Shown piece after piece: positions 29,208 through 45,492 of a stretch of 64,000 nt of DNA (positions are counted from its first letter, which is position 1; each line of letters begins with the position of its first letter). Under the pieces are notes generated by a model, which saw only the letters and a list, made by a program, of their open reading frames with translations, was not told the origin of the DNA and did not search any database. The DNA is from Tubulanus polymorphus. Taxonomy: Eukaryota; Animalia; Nemertea. The translations under genes were made by a program, and so were the position numbers. The DNA lies in assembly GCF_964204645.1 (NCBI RefSeq), contig NC_134035.1, positions 6,386,001 to 6,450,000 on the forward strand, in the 5' to 3' direction.

Positions 29208-32045
29208 TAGTTTGTGTCTGCGTTTAGGAGGACGTCGTACATCAGCTGCAGACGTTCAGTAAACGTGAGATACATTTCCTAATCGTCAACGTCGATAATT
29301 ACAAGTGCCGTTTTACTGGCACTCGCTATTTTCCTATTCTGTCTTTGCCCAGTGTTTCCTATACGTGCACTTACATGTTTCGACGATTATCGCAGTACGT
29401 TTAAAACAGTTAGATGACTATGCTGCTACTTGTGCTGCTGCTGCTGCTGCTTCTGCTCTGTCGAATTCAGAGGATCGGTATTTTTCTTCAAGATGTAAAT
29501 TTGAAAGCTGCATGGCAGCGATTAGAGTTTTCTGCACCAATGATTCTGTTACAGGGAGCCGCAAATCCGCATTGTAATGATTTGTCCGAATCGTAGTCCT
29601 AAGTCCCAACCTGTAATATTGTAGGTTTCAATCGGTGCTGCCATCTATTCATCACCTCCGATTCACGCAATGGCAGACTGATATCAGCGAGCCCAAACAC
29701 GATGTTTAACCATTGACTCTAAGCATCATAGTTTTACACAAGACAGCGAATGTGTAGCTTCGTATTGTAAAAATTTCAATCGTTTTAATTCTAGAATCTC
29801 CTTTCCTCGCTCGACAACGGTTAACTTAAAGGAATATACCAGCTAAAGCCGCTCTTTTGTCATAGTCGTCTTGTCCCATTGTCGAAGCATTTTTTAATCT
29901 TTTCAGAAACTGTTCTTGAAGTGTGCTTCAAATGAAGTTAGAAAATCTTAGTTTCATTCCATAGTTATTTCAATGCAGGGCGTCAATTTTGATTCCAAGT
30001 TTCAGCCCTGTTTTCAATGCGTGTGTTTGAGTCGTCACATTTTCATTTTCCCTATCATCTTGGGGGAGATGGTTTTTTAACGGTTTGAATTTTTCGAAAA
30101 CTATGCTGAAATAATGGACTTCAAATTGAGTAACGCACAGATACACATGTCAGCGTTAATCTCTGTCGAAAGAAGTCTTCGATTCATTCATTTATATTTT
30201 ATGAAATTTCTTTATGTGGAACAGCAACAGTTTCCGACACATTTCGATCATCTCTGACTTCGCTAAACCGCGGACATGCAGCAGGAGCAACAGCAGCTCG
30301 AGAGTAATTTCTAACTTATTTTCGTCAATTCTGGTTGACGTTTCGGATGAATGAATTGCAGTAGCACACTGGTAGTCACAAGAACATTATTCGATCCCAT
30401 CGCTCGCGCTCGTCGAAGCGTTCAGTTAGCTCAACAAATTGCTCTTTTGCCAAACGTTGATGGCTACAAACGCCAGCAATGTATTGCGACCAGAGTATGG
30501 GTCTGACATCCTGTGTAATGGAAAAATGTGAAACGGCTGCTCTATACGGTTCCGCTGAATTCACATGATGGAAGTCGATTTGAACACGACTCTCGGGTCG
30601 GTCCAATGGGTCGTGACTCACACTGGACGAGGCTAGAGGTTACAGTTTCCACGGTTACCAAAAAAATATATCCCATTGCTCATGATAGTATTTGAGTCGA
30701 GACGTTAAGATAACTCGTGCATATACTTATGTAATGACTGGCTTTTAGCAGATTGATTTGAAAACGAGGCCCCCAAAATAGCGACAACTTCGGCAGGGGC
30801 AGATTTAGAGAGAGAAGGGGGTTTTGCCAAGATAACACGGTTCAAGTCTAGTATAGAGTGGTATATCGCCCCACTCAGAGTTGCAAGATAAAGAAGGAAT
30901 AATTCAACTACGCGCATTGAGTTTTCCTATACCGACATACCGACGAAACTACAAACCGACATGCCGAACATGTGCCACAACCCACATATTCCGCCATGTT
31001 GACTGGTGACCTGCTGTTTATCTACGATGAATAAAGATTCATAAAGGGTTAATTCAAATTGTGATCTATTGCTGTGAGCATTGGATATCTTATTAGTCAG
31101 ATACACATCCTCCCTCTCGACCTCCTCCTCTCTCACTCCTCGCGCGCTCAGTTTGTCGGATTTTCTGGAATGGGAAAACATCTCTCTTTCTGATTAATTA
31201 CATCAAGGGAAAACGGAATAGCCTTCTCGATTAAGCAAACTGCCATCCGCGCTGTCCTGCACGCCTTTGATCAACGCTAGCAGACCTGCAGCAATCCATT
31301 TGTTGTCCATTCACAGCGACTGCTGTAGATCGCTCAGTTATGACAAGCTGGATTATTTTTCCAGTTGGTGCAAGCAATTTCCATAAATACGCAGGGAGAA
31401 CGAGTGAGGGAGTTAGTGAGAGGGAGAGAGGTAGGGAAAAAAGTGAGGTGGCATCGAATAGACAGGAACATGACAGCCAGGTCGACACCAGACGTGACCG
31501 TTGCATGGATCAAATCGTATTTCATTCATATCGACTTCATCTCCCGTCCAGAATCACTTAACAGACCTAGAATGTTTCTATATAATAAAAGCAGCCTTCA
31601 GGAACGACGGTTCCACGTGAAGTGATGGTTTCACCATAGACTACAGTGTCTCTTTAATGAACTGAAAGGGCATACTTTCTTCTAAGGAACATAAAGAGCA
31701 CAGGGCTTCGTATTTATTTTTTCAGATTGGTCATAAATTATTAGATAACATAAGAACCAAATTGAGCTTAGACTGGTTTTGGTATGCTCTTGGAACCCAA
31801 ATGTAGTTATCAAAGTAAAAGCACTTTTACTGACCCAACCTATGATATTGTATGGTATAAAAATCTATGACAAGGAAATTTGATCCGGTTTTGCGACTTT
31901 TAATCTCACGAAGTTGCGTCGATATCGTCTCCATCTTATAAAACATCAGGTATCATTGTGTAAGGCGGATTGAATCTAGATTTAATCAATTTATCCCAGC
32001 GGTGGCGGCTACGGTGCATTGCAGTATAATAAACCTGTTTCATTC

Positions 32046-32356
<311 letters not shown>

Positions 32357-35009
32357 TGTACCCGCAACAGGCGACTGTCTCTGCGTTATTAAAATGCGAG
32401 TAGCAAAAATCACTTTAGCATTTCAAAGGCCCCGAAGCAATGACGCTAATTTTGCCGATCTTCGAGTCACGCTCGCTTTCATTTACGACCATTTCAACAT
32501 TAAGAAGCCAAAACTCGGTGTTTATTACGGCATAATCAGTGACGTGGCTGACGCTATGTAGAAACCGATGTGAACGGAAATGCCAAGAGTGCTGCAATTT
32601 CCATAGATATGTAACTGCGCGATGACGATGATTCCGATGTCTCTGAGTCGACTGCTGATGATGGAACGCCACTCGGAGACGAACTGACAGTTCACGGCGC
32701 TCACTAGCATATAATTTCCGAGGAAACACATTCATCTGCGCAGCCACCGGAATGAAATTTTTGAAAGAAATAAGGATCAGTTTCGGAAAAAGGGAGGTGG
32801 GTAGTTTAGTTATATAATGATGACGATGAATTCAGCCTAATGCATTTTTTTTTTAAATTCTAGTTGCTCTAACCTAGGTTTCCGATCTAAAATCACATAC
32901 GTTTATGCATCAGCCTAGTATTTTTGTGGCGTTAGGCAGGGTGCAGATCTAAGCCCGTATACGATGTCGGTCCCTATATTTCGTTTTACCGATTCAGACT
33001 TATCCACTCCGATGCACTCTGATCAGTCTTCATTTGATTAATGCGTGTAATTAGTAACACCTTGCATTTTGCGAGACACCCGATACTGAAGTCACGCTTT
33101 TCAACGATCGGTCTCCTCTCTCCAACACTTACATCGGCTTTTATGGTTTAATGCTGTAGTCACGCACGAAATATTCCATTTTTGGTGACAGGGATGGAAT
33201 TTCCATGGAGGAATTCTGTGAATCACACTCAGATCTCCGGGAGTACAAAACAAATCGCTTATCAAGTTTCTTTTAGTCACCACAATAAAAATCCCACATC
33301 GATGCAAATACGTAGTTAACCATCGTGAAATTGAAAACGAAAAGTTGGCAGCCGGTTTGGTGGCTGGCGCTACATCACGTCGAGTTGTTGGTGTTTGTGG
33401 TGGATACGATTTCAACGCATCTCTCCAACACACAGGGCGTAATTTTGCACTGACGATAGGGTAAGCTGCACTGCACAATGCTCAGCGCGCTGTCGCTTGT
33501 ACTGCCCTGAAGCTACCAGTAAATAAAAACGTTATCGTTCACAGAGACGGAGATATAAACCTGTTTTGCATTGTATTGTGTTAAGAGGAGGGACTGGTGT
33601 TTATGTCACAGGGCGTCAACCTCATTTACACGTGGAAATCTATGAACACGAATAAATCAAAAATAGAGCCAAGACACCTTTTTGGAAAACAAGTTTTTCC
33701 AACGTTGTTAATAAAAAAATAAAAATCAAAGACCGACTATGATGATGGGATTTTCTGAATGCTTCGTTAGCACGTTACTCGTGCTTTAGGCTTTGGAGGT
33801 GAACCTAGTTTCACCAGCTGATGAGGTGGGACTTAAAGGAGACTGCATGTCCACCGGCTGAGGTGACTCAGTGAATGACCAACGCCTGCGGAAAATCTAG
33901 GTTAAATTGTTTATAATCCCTTGTGGAGCAGACGTCATTTTAATCACTGTTAATGATGGTTTATAGGCGATATTTGTACTTGACTGGTGTTTGTGGGCTG
34001 TAAATGCCAACTATTGCACTCTTAATGCTGAAGTGGATACAATTCATTAATGACAATGTTTAGATTGACTACGACTCACGACGACCACCGCCGTCACCGC
34101 ATCGGAACGGGGCGTCATTACTATCAGCCGCTGCTACTACTGCTGCTGCTGCAACATCGCAGACGACTCCGGGGCAAATTAGTTCTAATTGCTCGAGAAA
34201 TTCCCCGAAGCATCAGCTCTAGTCGTTTAGCGCAATTATGAAATGCGTCTTTCAGTCAGTGCTAATCATATGCGTTGGTTCCCATGCGTTTACTATCACA
34301 GCAACATGGCTGCCACATCACACACGTTCATAGTATTTTACAGTTTTCCAGAAATTATTTGTTAAATTATGTCCATTAAATATAGTCATTTTGCCCCAAA
34401 GCTGCAGTTTGTAGCATCGTCGGATTTCGTTTCGCGTTAATGGGTTCGGTCGATTGGGCTCGGGAGTTGTCGGCATGAGTGCTAATAGCAACGACTGCTG
34501 CAGAAATACAGTACAGCAGGGATAATGTTTACTTATGCAGGACATTCGTCAATTCATTCGTGTTTTTTATTACGTTTGTATACGCAGCAGTTGCTTATAG
34601 CGCCGATTCTAAAACGACTCATTCTATAGAGTCCATGGTTATAAGAGGTTAAGGCGTCCAAATATAGTCATAATGGGGTTCGAGGCAGGTCGAGGTGGTT
34701 GGCTACTAGTTAAGACCTGCCAAGTGATGCATACAAATATGTCGCATGGGTCAGCGTCAGGATCAGTCCAATCCCCGCATCCTTTACGATTTTTGAGAAA
34801 CAGAGAATTTCCAAGATGCTTTGATCACCCCTTGCTTTGGTTTCTGGTAACATACTCAATAACAAAATTTGGAATCAAAATGACAACGCAAGCATTAATT
34901 ACATAATGATGTCTGCATCCCTCTCCCTTCTACACGAGTCGTTTATGGAGGCTGGTTCAGGCACTATTAAAAAATATGATTCTCGATCTCGACCATTTTT
35001 CTTTTACCT

Positions 35010-35800
35010 TTCGATAATAATATTCTTTATTTACATTGAAATTATAACATAATATAACACTCAGTTTTATATAAACATAATTGAATAGGTAGATATGTAA
35101 CAGAAGTCATAATATCGATGGAGGTGCCCGAGAAGCAAATTGCTTGTAAAAAGGGTCAGCTCAACAATTACAGCTGCAATCACACAATCACAAAATCATA
35201 TACACACACATTCATCCATAAGAAAAATCAGTTATGTAATAATGGCGAATCTTTTACACTAAATCATATACCTAGAGATTGTGTTATTTTTGAATTTATA
35301 TTCAAGTTCACCCAGTGATTTAGAAGTTTGTAAGCTGTTAGGGATGTTTTCCAAAGACTAGGTATTGAACAGAGAAACGAGTTATGAAATACTTTTTATC
35401 GGTGACAGGAAATTCGTGGAAAATTTTGTTTTCGCGTACTATAGCAGGGATTTGATAAATTTCTTTTTAATAAACCGATTATATTTAGTTCTTAATGCAT
35501 ATGTTATTGATTCAAATTTAATTAGGTCATTAAATTCGAGAATTTTGAAGCTTTTGAATAAAGGGCTTGACTGGCTGTTATGTTTTGTTTTGCCTTCTGA
35601 GTGTTTTTTTTTCTGTAACTTAGTTATTCTATTATGATTTGATTTAGAAATCAATGGAATCCAGGCTATAAGAGAAAATGAAAAGTGACGATGAATGTAA
35701 CTATCATACAGTTGTTTAAGACAACGGGAAGGAACAATGTGTTTGATGCAATTAAGTAGGTATAAGTCACTAGAGATTTCTTTACAGAGATTTTATTAAC
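35010..35800 (-). mobile_element. 5'-truncated, degraded CR1/L2-group LINE 3' end
   Basis: Minus strand reads SLIAWI...NRITKLQKK...HNSQSSPLFKSFKILEFNDLIKFES, then with a frameshift SIPSLW.NIPNSLQTSKSL. These match the post-RT 'LQKKAIR...HTxPLFxxL' and 'LWNxLP' motifs. The 3' end has AATAAAG followed by an (ATT)-like tail near 35015-35030. Confidence 0.7.
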
Positions 35801-37582
35801 ACATATAAATTGAAATCTAAATGCTCATCTATTTCGAGACCTAACGACGATGCTGATGACAATAGATTAATGGTTCCATTGTTTACTTGAAGAGTGTATT
35901 CATTTTTTTTTTATATTCACATGTTTCTATCGGGTTTGAATAATACTAATTTGGTTTTAGATAAGTTTAGCGTCAAATTGTTTGAATAGAACCAATAATA
36001 TCATATACACATATCGCCGCTCAATGATGTAAATTGTAATACATCATCCCGTATACACTTTTTACACTTTCCGTTTTATCCCCAAAAACTAGGTTTTAAT
36101 GTGGCGTTAAAACGGGGTCTAAGTGTAAAGAATAAATAGTAAAGATCGAGAGTCTTTTTTTTCAAATAAGCCCGAATCAGCCACATTGATTATCATTTGT
36201 TTCATGATGCAGTGAATATCAAGAAATGATTCCTGCATTCACTTCGTTTGTGTTCCGATCGGGTAAGAAGACTGATATTTCACAGTCGATAACTGATAGA
36301 AGGGACGGACCAAGTGCCCACACAAGCGAGAGAGAATCGCACCGTGTGAATGACTGAAACCAGTTTTGAGGAATCTATTGAGAATTAAATTCATCAACCA
36401 ACGCTAAACTAATTTACACTGCAAATCGTTGTTTACTAAGAGACCGTCTTTCGAGACGTCGGCCAACTTTGAGTCATTCACAAACACTTTCGTGTATTGC
36501 GAAAGATTTTCAATCGAGAGGGAGATTAGCAGAGAGACAGAGAGGCAAAGAGAGAACAGGGACGAAAATCGTCCAATTGCAGCATGTTTTGTTTCTCTTT
36601 CGCGACGACCGAGACGCAGTCAGTAATGCTGTCGACGTTTAGTTCTGACAGGAAAGAGAAAAGTTCGCTCCGGCTATTTACTTAATGCTCCAGTTTTCAT
36701 GTTTGTTTATCTTTACCGCGCCTTGGCAAATGATTCGGTCGGCGTTGAACAGGAAACTGCATTAAGTCGACGAGTCGACAAGCTAAGAAGTCTTGTCGGC
36801 TTCGGGCGGTTTCGCTCTTGTAATATTGTACTCGGAATTGTGCTCGAAGCGAATTTTGAATGAATACAGAAATGAACTGTAGCATTTCGACATGTGGCTC
36901 AACGTTTCAGCGTCTTAAAGTTTTCGTTTTGTATTACACTTTCAGATTGATAACCTGTCTTGAGGCGGATTGTCGAATTAACATTATATGTGCATCGCTG
37001 ACAAAGATTGTGATTTGTTTTTATTCATTTCTCATTTTCGGAGCTATGTTCTAGCATTCATCATGACTTATTATATCTTACGACGTGATTCATTAAATCA
37101 CGTAGTAACGTAGGAGTTGTTTTAAAAGAGATGTTTGGCGATACATCCAGTGATTATACATCGCTCAGTTGTGAACATTTGAGAACATTCATTAAGGTCT
37201 AGGCCCGAATGAGCCACCATACATATTAGACTATGGACTCATAGTGGAAACACTCTCACATATATGACGCCCATTACTCATTATTATGAAGAGAGTATAG
37301 AAAGTGTTGTGAGTATAGAGAAATCGGATCTGTGTTACCGTTCAGGCGCTTTCGCGAGGCGTTTTGAAATATAACAACATCACGCGTCAACTACAGCCAT
37401 GAACATGTGAATTCAAAACTGATAGGGTGATTTAACCAATGTCACCAATTCAAACAACTTCAAAAAACCATGCCTTGCCCATGTTGGTTCTATAAACAAT
37501 CTAGCAACTTGAGATGAGACCAGTCCAAGATATTTAAGGACAATTTCTTTTTTACTCAAATCGCAGATGAAATAAGAAAGAT

Positions 37583-38170
<588 letters not shown>

Positions 38171-38775
38171 CGCCTGGCACTGCCTCGATTTACATATATT
38201 TCAACTGAGCGATATGTAATTAGACGACGAGGGTTGAAGAGGTGTTTATTATAGGCGTCGCGATATAAACGATTAATGATCCATCAAATGTAATTACAAT
38301 TACCAACGAGAACTCGTTTAACACTTTTTGATTAATAGTTCCTCATAAAACCGTCACATCGTACTATAGTATACTGAACACCACACTGATACCATACTAC
38401 AACTACGATCATCAGAGGCCTCATTTTTTCGGTCGAAGTTGACCCTTGATTCAAAACGTTGAACAAAATGAAACGAATGATGTTGGACGTCTCGTGATGA
38501 AAAGGAAAAACAGTTGAGGCAAACGCCAAGTACGCTTTCAGTACCGATGTTATAGGTGAACGTTGGTCTATGTTATCACAACTCGTTGGTCGGCGTTTTA
38601 AACCATACCACATGGAGCTCGCGACTACGTAAGTCTCAATCAAGACATCCACTGCGTTGAATTAGCGTTTTACTATTCAAACATGTGATGACATCGTTAA
38701 AACCGATGGGCTAAGAGCTCTCAATTACTCGATTAACGTCATCTATAAGAAACCATCTCGCAATGCTTGAATACT

Positions 38776-38905
38776 AGACTAGTATGACTATACAGGTTAA
38801 CTATTTTATTTGACGCGCGATCTTTCGCTAATAATGTATAGCTTTATTATAAGCGAAAGCTAGTGCGTCAAATAAACTAGTTAACCTTTAAAGTACTACT
38901 CGTCT
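38776..38905. mobile_element. Palindromic MITE / foldback, ~130 bp
   Basis: AGGTTAACTATTTTATTTGACGCGCGATCTTTCGCT pairs with AGCGAAAGCTAGTGCGTCAAATAAACTAGTTAACCT, with weaker outward extension. Confidence 0.7.
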
Positions 38906-41900
38906 CGTTGAATTCATTCTATACAATCTTCTCATCATGCTTGAATATATCAATTTACCCGTTATTCACAGTGAGATACAATTTGGACCATTTAGGCCTA
39001 AATTGTGAAACACCCGTTTCAATAAACAAAAAATGTTTCGCTCAACAAAAAATGCATATATTTCCCGAGTCATCGGTTGATGAATTAACTATTGTCTTTC
39101 AACGAGCCCTTCTCCATTGACCACTTCTACAGAATAACGATAAACGATTGCACGAAAACACCTCGAAACTGTATCATTATTACCATGAGAATCTAATTGA
39201 ACCGCAGTACTCGATGCAGTTAACATGGCGTTTGAAGTTGATATAAATTTGGATGTGCGGCCCGAGTTTGCATTCCAACTGTGGAAATACTATCGCCTTT
39301 AATCGCAGTGGAGCCGTTTCATCTCTCGCGTGAACTTCGTTCCCGTAGCACTTTACATGTATATTCAACCTACCATTTACAAATGCTATATGTGGCTGAG
39401 GATCGTCATCAATTGAATGGAATTATGAAGCCGCTTATTTTTACAGCTAATTTATTCAAATTACGATCTACGACGATTTGCGCAGCGATGCTATTAATGC
39501 ATGCGAGTCTAATCCGTGGTTTCAAATACGCATCAATTTCATTTATCGGCGGATTTCAGTCGCGCCGATGGTACGGGTGTTTTACGAGGTTCTGATCCGT
39601 TGAAGAAGCACGTCTCGAATTCCGATTTTAATTAGCATTCGCAGCGCAGCTAACATACATTAATTTGTAAGTCCCCAACGTCGAGAGGTCGTCACAGTTG
39701 AAGTTACGTCGTGAGGCGGTGGTATGTGTGAACTAAACTCGCTACTTGGTGCTAATTTCAATGATCTGAATTAAATGAAATATTCATCAATTTTCTGGCG
39801 TTAATTTACAGGAGACTCGACACCTCATTCAGCGCCGGTTGACGAGGTAAACCGCTTTCTAAATGTGGCGAATTAGCTGAAATTAATTTTGAAAGAAATT
39901 CCTTTCGTCCCCTTCGATTTCCCTGAATGGATCTATGGTTATATTTGACTCTGTCTAAGTTTGTATTTCCACTAACCGAGACATGATCAGAATAGAATGA
40001 ATGCCCTTTGAAAATATGATATTTTTTTGAGCCCGGGAATCTGTTCGAGTCGCTTGAAGTTTTTTTATGCTCACCGAGTATTTCTTTCCCCGGGAGAGTC
40101 ATTACAATAACGGATTGAATTACTATTGGTGATGTTGTTTACCAGCAGAGATCGTGTTACTAGCAGACATCGGAACACAACCCTCTAAAAACCGATCGAA
40201 ACCAAACTCGTGATCCCCCTTACGCGCCATTGTTACCGGAAACGCGTCCCCAAAACAAGCAAACCAAGAAAACACCGCTGCAGGTATACTTCACAATCCT
40301 CGGCTGCATTATCCGTTACCCGGGCAACGATGTTTGCAAATCTAGCAGACAATGCTTTAATTGTTAAACACCCATAGCTGTTTCAACATTTTTTGCTCGG
40401 GACAAATACGAAAACGAAATCCAGCTCTCTCCAGGAATGCACGATTAGAGAATATGACGCTACAAGTATTACGGGTTCCTACAATATTTTCTGGCATCGG
40501 GGTATTCGTCGGTAAATGTAGGATTTTTGTGCCGATGTTAAATGTTTAAAAAAATGTCATTGTCTTAGATAACTTTCATCTTCTATTAGAAACTACTTTG
40601 ACATACTGAAGCCGTTAGTTCTGTCCCATAGCTAGTTTCTACGAGTAAGCTTATCCCATCGCAACGGTGACAAAGTTCCGCTTTAATTCTGGTGAGCTTT
40701 CAATGTTGTTTAAAGATTGTCTTCGTCATTAATAATCTACGTGTAAGTTGTATGTGTCTGTTGTACACCGAACAAGCAAGAAGAGAATCAATATCAAACC
40801 CGATATTTGCTTTCACAGCACCAACCCTTCATGGATATACATCACGTCGCAAACGAACCTACAAATCAACCTGAATTAAAATAATCTAATGTTGAAAGTG
40901 TACTAGTTGCCATTGGTAATAGAACTGGCCGTTTCAACCCACTGGTTATGACATAATCGATCTCAAACACCTATTAACACTAACAACATTGAATTACATC
41001 TCGTGTTTGATTCTTTTTTCTCAGTAAAAACCATTTAGCAGAGCGTTAGAGTAAAATATGTCGTTTTATTTCCCGATATCTGAGAACTGATTGAACCCGA
41101 TTCAGCCGCGAGAGGAGGATATTCATTGATATCATTCACAGACGTTTCTCTTGTCGATTGCAGATATTCCATTCCTCAATGACAATTACCGTCGGTAATC
41201 ATTGACGAACATGTAGCAATTGCCGATATCAGCCTATAAGGTCTATTGAAAGATTTAATACGCGTTATACAAGAGTAAAACGAGTCAAACAGTGACGAAG
41301 TGAAGCCTGGATCCACCTGTGGCACGCGATGATAACCCAGGTGTGTTGCTACTGTATCCCTATGTCAAAATGCAGGGTCTGAGAAACTGAGAGTCCAGTC
41401 GTAGTGTTTTCGGAATTTTTATCGAATGTCATCGATTTGCTGCAACGTCTGGGAACTGTGGAATATGGCTCTGGCTTACCGGATTGGCATCAAAACATTA
41501 ATCATACATATTTGTGTAACGTTAGAATCTTGAAGCAACGCGGCACTGTTCTACTGACTTCGAAATGTTCAATATTGTATAGTTGACCATAGCAACAATG
41601 AGTGACCAATTATTGTTATGTTATTAAGTTATCTACATGGGTAAGGGTTCGATATCGATGCCCGATTCGAATCAATCCAATAGAAAATAGGGTGCACGTA
41701 ATGTCAGAGTTTGTTTAACGGTCATTGTTGGAAACTCTCCATGTTTGACAACATAAGTTTATCTGGTCACTTACAAGTATCGCATTGTACTCTGGCGACC
41801 AATATGGCGTCGGTCACGTGATATAAGAATGGGTGGCTTCATACCCTCTATAAAGCATCGAATATTTGCTAATCATAAACTAAATGTTTCTAATTAGAAT

Positions 41901-42951
41901 ATTCAAATAAGACAGCAATTGGAATCATCCTCAATATGTTAGCCATAGGAATGTAGACCAACTATGGTCTCATAGACAGGAGTTCTCAAGGGCAGTTCTC
42001 CCAATTAGGCCCAACGACTAAAGAAAAATCTTTGGGTCAAAATAGCCCAGTTATCGTATCCGTTCGGTGATCCATAACCCTAGCCCGGATTCGAAACCGG
42101 GACCTAGCCTGCCAGTCATACTCATTAGACCGCCGAACTCTCGTGATTTTGTAGCTTGTCTGGCCAGTGTGGTAACGATTTAGCCGTGCTGACCAGTCGG
42201 GTGGGGTGAATCCATTCAACATCAAACCGTCGCCTGTCACTGTAATCGGCGCTTGTTACACTAAGGTTACTGGTATGTGAACTGTTGCGATAGTTACGTG
42301 TTTTACGTAAATCGTTTAACTGTTCAGCCTGAATCATTCCTTGAAAAAAAAAAATCACGAACGACTGAAGTTGAATCGCTCATCGTCACTGAGAGACCGC
42401 CACTACGACTGTGTACCGGAGGCAATTTAATGAAAGCGCACTCGTAACATTTACAAATTACTTCGAACGCTGAACGCAAGTGTGATGCGTGACGATCGAT
42501 CTACTGCATGCTGCCCCTTATATCCTCATAACCGTTGTTGTTTGCATTCTCTGGTTGTGATGAATATCCATCCGACTAATTACTACGAATAGCAATTCGA
42601 AGTTATTTCAGCCGTGAAAACGATTCAGTTATCGGATGGGTTTTGACCTCGTGGGATACGGACACGTTTCTCTCTCCCTCTCTCGATCGAGTAAAAAGTG
42701 TCCGGTACCGCTGCAGCCGATATCAGTGGTTTGTAGAATGTTATTGATTACAATTGACTCCGTGGATTGCATACTGTAGGCTACACGTGAATCTATGATT
42801 CTCTGAAAGGATGCATGGATGGATGGATTGGGTTTGAGTTACCCCCGGGGGACGGATAATCTATTGATCAAGTAAGTCAATACCGCACGTCCGTCGGTCC
42901 AGCTACAGTATGCCGCTAGTCTTCATTAAACCTATTTATAATTCGTTTGAG

Positions 42952-43204
42952 TCATATATGGGTAGGGTTTATTCATCTGATTTGCAATATGAGTCGAAAG
43001 ATCCAGCATTTTGGGTCGTCATATCGTCCTGAAGATGCTGTATTCAATTGTCATATTGGTAAGGTGTACTGAACTGATCTTCAATGGATCGGTAGAAACA
43101 TCCAGAATTTTGGGGCTTCATATCGTCCTGAAGATGACGTATTCAATTGTCATACTGGGTAGGGTGAACTTAACTGATCTGCGATAGATGGGTGGACAGA
43201 TCCG
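42952..43204. repeat. Tandem repeat, ~97-bp unit, ~2.5 copies
   Basis: TCATATCGTCCTGAAGATG..GTATTCAATTGTCATA and the GGTA(G/A)GGT..CTGAT(C/T)T segments recur. Confidence 0.8.
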
Positions 43205-43854
43205 TATTTGAACCCTATTTGAACGTATTTGAATCGATATTGTATTTGAATGTGGCTATCTTATTCCCTAACCGATTCATCCGCTGTAACTGACGTCATT
43301 GAGCCATAATCCATTACCTCAGCCTCGCTGTCAAAAACCGTCCTAGATACCAGAACACTGCCGAAAATATCAGATATTTCGATCTCAATTGTAAGATGTC
43401 TGCGGTGACGAAGTCTCCGATGTTTTCGTAAGAAGGATATTCCGGATCTGATGATAGAGCTGGAGTTCTGATTTACGATCATCCCGCTGCCCTTAGGATT
43501 TTCAATAAACATTCTGGAGCCAGACATACTCAAATACCTTCAACCATTCCGTGGCCATCATCAGTGATTTATCGGAGCGGCTCAGGTGGCCTGTACATCA
43601 CTGTGATTAGCCCTACATGTCATAAATGACCAGGCTATTGACTCTTCGTTCACCGCGCACTAATAACATCTCTAGCTAATGAAGGCACTGACCATTAAAC
43701 TGACAATTGCCGGTCGCAACCCTTCATAGATGATCGTAAAACAACCATGGTTTGCTGACGCGAATTCCCACGGTGGTCACAACGGGTCATACGTACGTGG
43801 ATAGATGACTTGCTCGTCTGAGACTCGAACATAATTACCGAGTTCCAACTACTT

Positions 43855-43900
43855 GTATACGTATATGTATATGTATGTATGTATGTATGTATGTATATGT
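43855..43900. repeat. (TATG)n microsatellite
   Basis: Seen directly in the sequence. Confidence 0.85.
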
Positions 43901-45010
43901 GTACGTACATACCCAAGAAATAATCCGGTCCCACTACGTAAAAGATATGGAGTCTCATGGAAGGAAGTGAGAAGTCGTGATGTACTACGCCCAAAACTAT
44001 GGAACCGGATCATGATCGAGTCTAAACAATTATTTGCGGTTCTATTAAAGGGAGGTTTATCTGTGAGTGACACGGTGAAGCCACGCGGGTATAATCCTAA
44101 CCGGGGTAATGTTATTATCTGGTGGAGATCGCTCGTGGGGTTTACACAACTTTTGAAATTGAATTAGAAGACAATGTTAATGCATTGACAAGAACTGACA
44201 AATCTAAATTAGTGCCTGTACTGATGCTGGTCTGAGCCGCAAGACCCAGCATGTGCTGCATCACCCAAAACGTGCCGATGTCCTAGCGCCCACTAACAAC
44301 TACATCACCCGGCTACAAATCTGTGGGTTACTCTTTGTTTTGCACGGCTGCATGTTGAACTGGGCTTTTGTGGCAGGTGGCATATCATCTATGATGGATT
44401 CTTGGCAAAATGATCGCGACTTCACATGATCGCGACATCCAGTTTGGATTTTATTCTTTCCCATGCATAGCTTTTCTGAACAAGCTATGCATCCAGGTCA
44501 CACCCTACAACTTTATTCCGGCCCTTTCGAAACTTAGGATTTATCTATAAATCAAACCATTCTGGTGTAATACTGTCTGTCACTGCGAGACTTGCCTTAA
44601 GGAGTTGATTCTGTAAAACAACTATCGGGCTATTTGCGCAAATCCAATACCAAATGACGAGAACATGCCGAGTTACTTTCCAACAACGACTGTTTTCGTT
44701 TAGTATTGTTGTGATTCAGTAATCGTTACTTTTGGTTTCTCTGGCGTGGGTAACACGCCTGCTGCTCGCACCCTAAACATTAGCAGCATTTATAGAGTTT
44801 TGGGATAAAGGCTCCAGATAATATAACGTCACCGGTGGCGCATTCACCTTTGAATTACATTGTGGTTGGTATCTATGTCACTTATGTGGCGACGTGTGTG
44901 TACCACATGGTGTGACGATCTGCTGCCTCATCAGTACATTATGAATAATTAAAATGCCTTCAGTGTTCGGGTGGAAAACACGGGGAAATGTTCACTCGTC
45001 TTCTGTGACT

Positions 45011-45492
<482 letters not shown>

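Noticed and set aside
42060-42200. tRNA-like B-box (GGTTTCGAATCC on the minus strand)
   Set aside because: No convincing cloverleaf or properly spaced A-box. At most a decayed SINE head.
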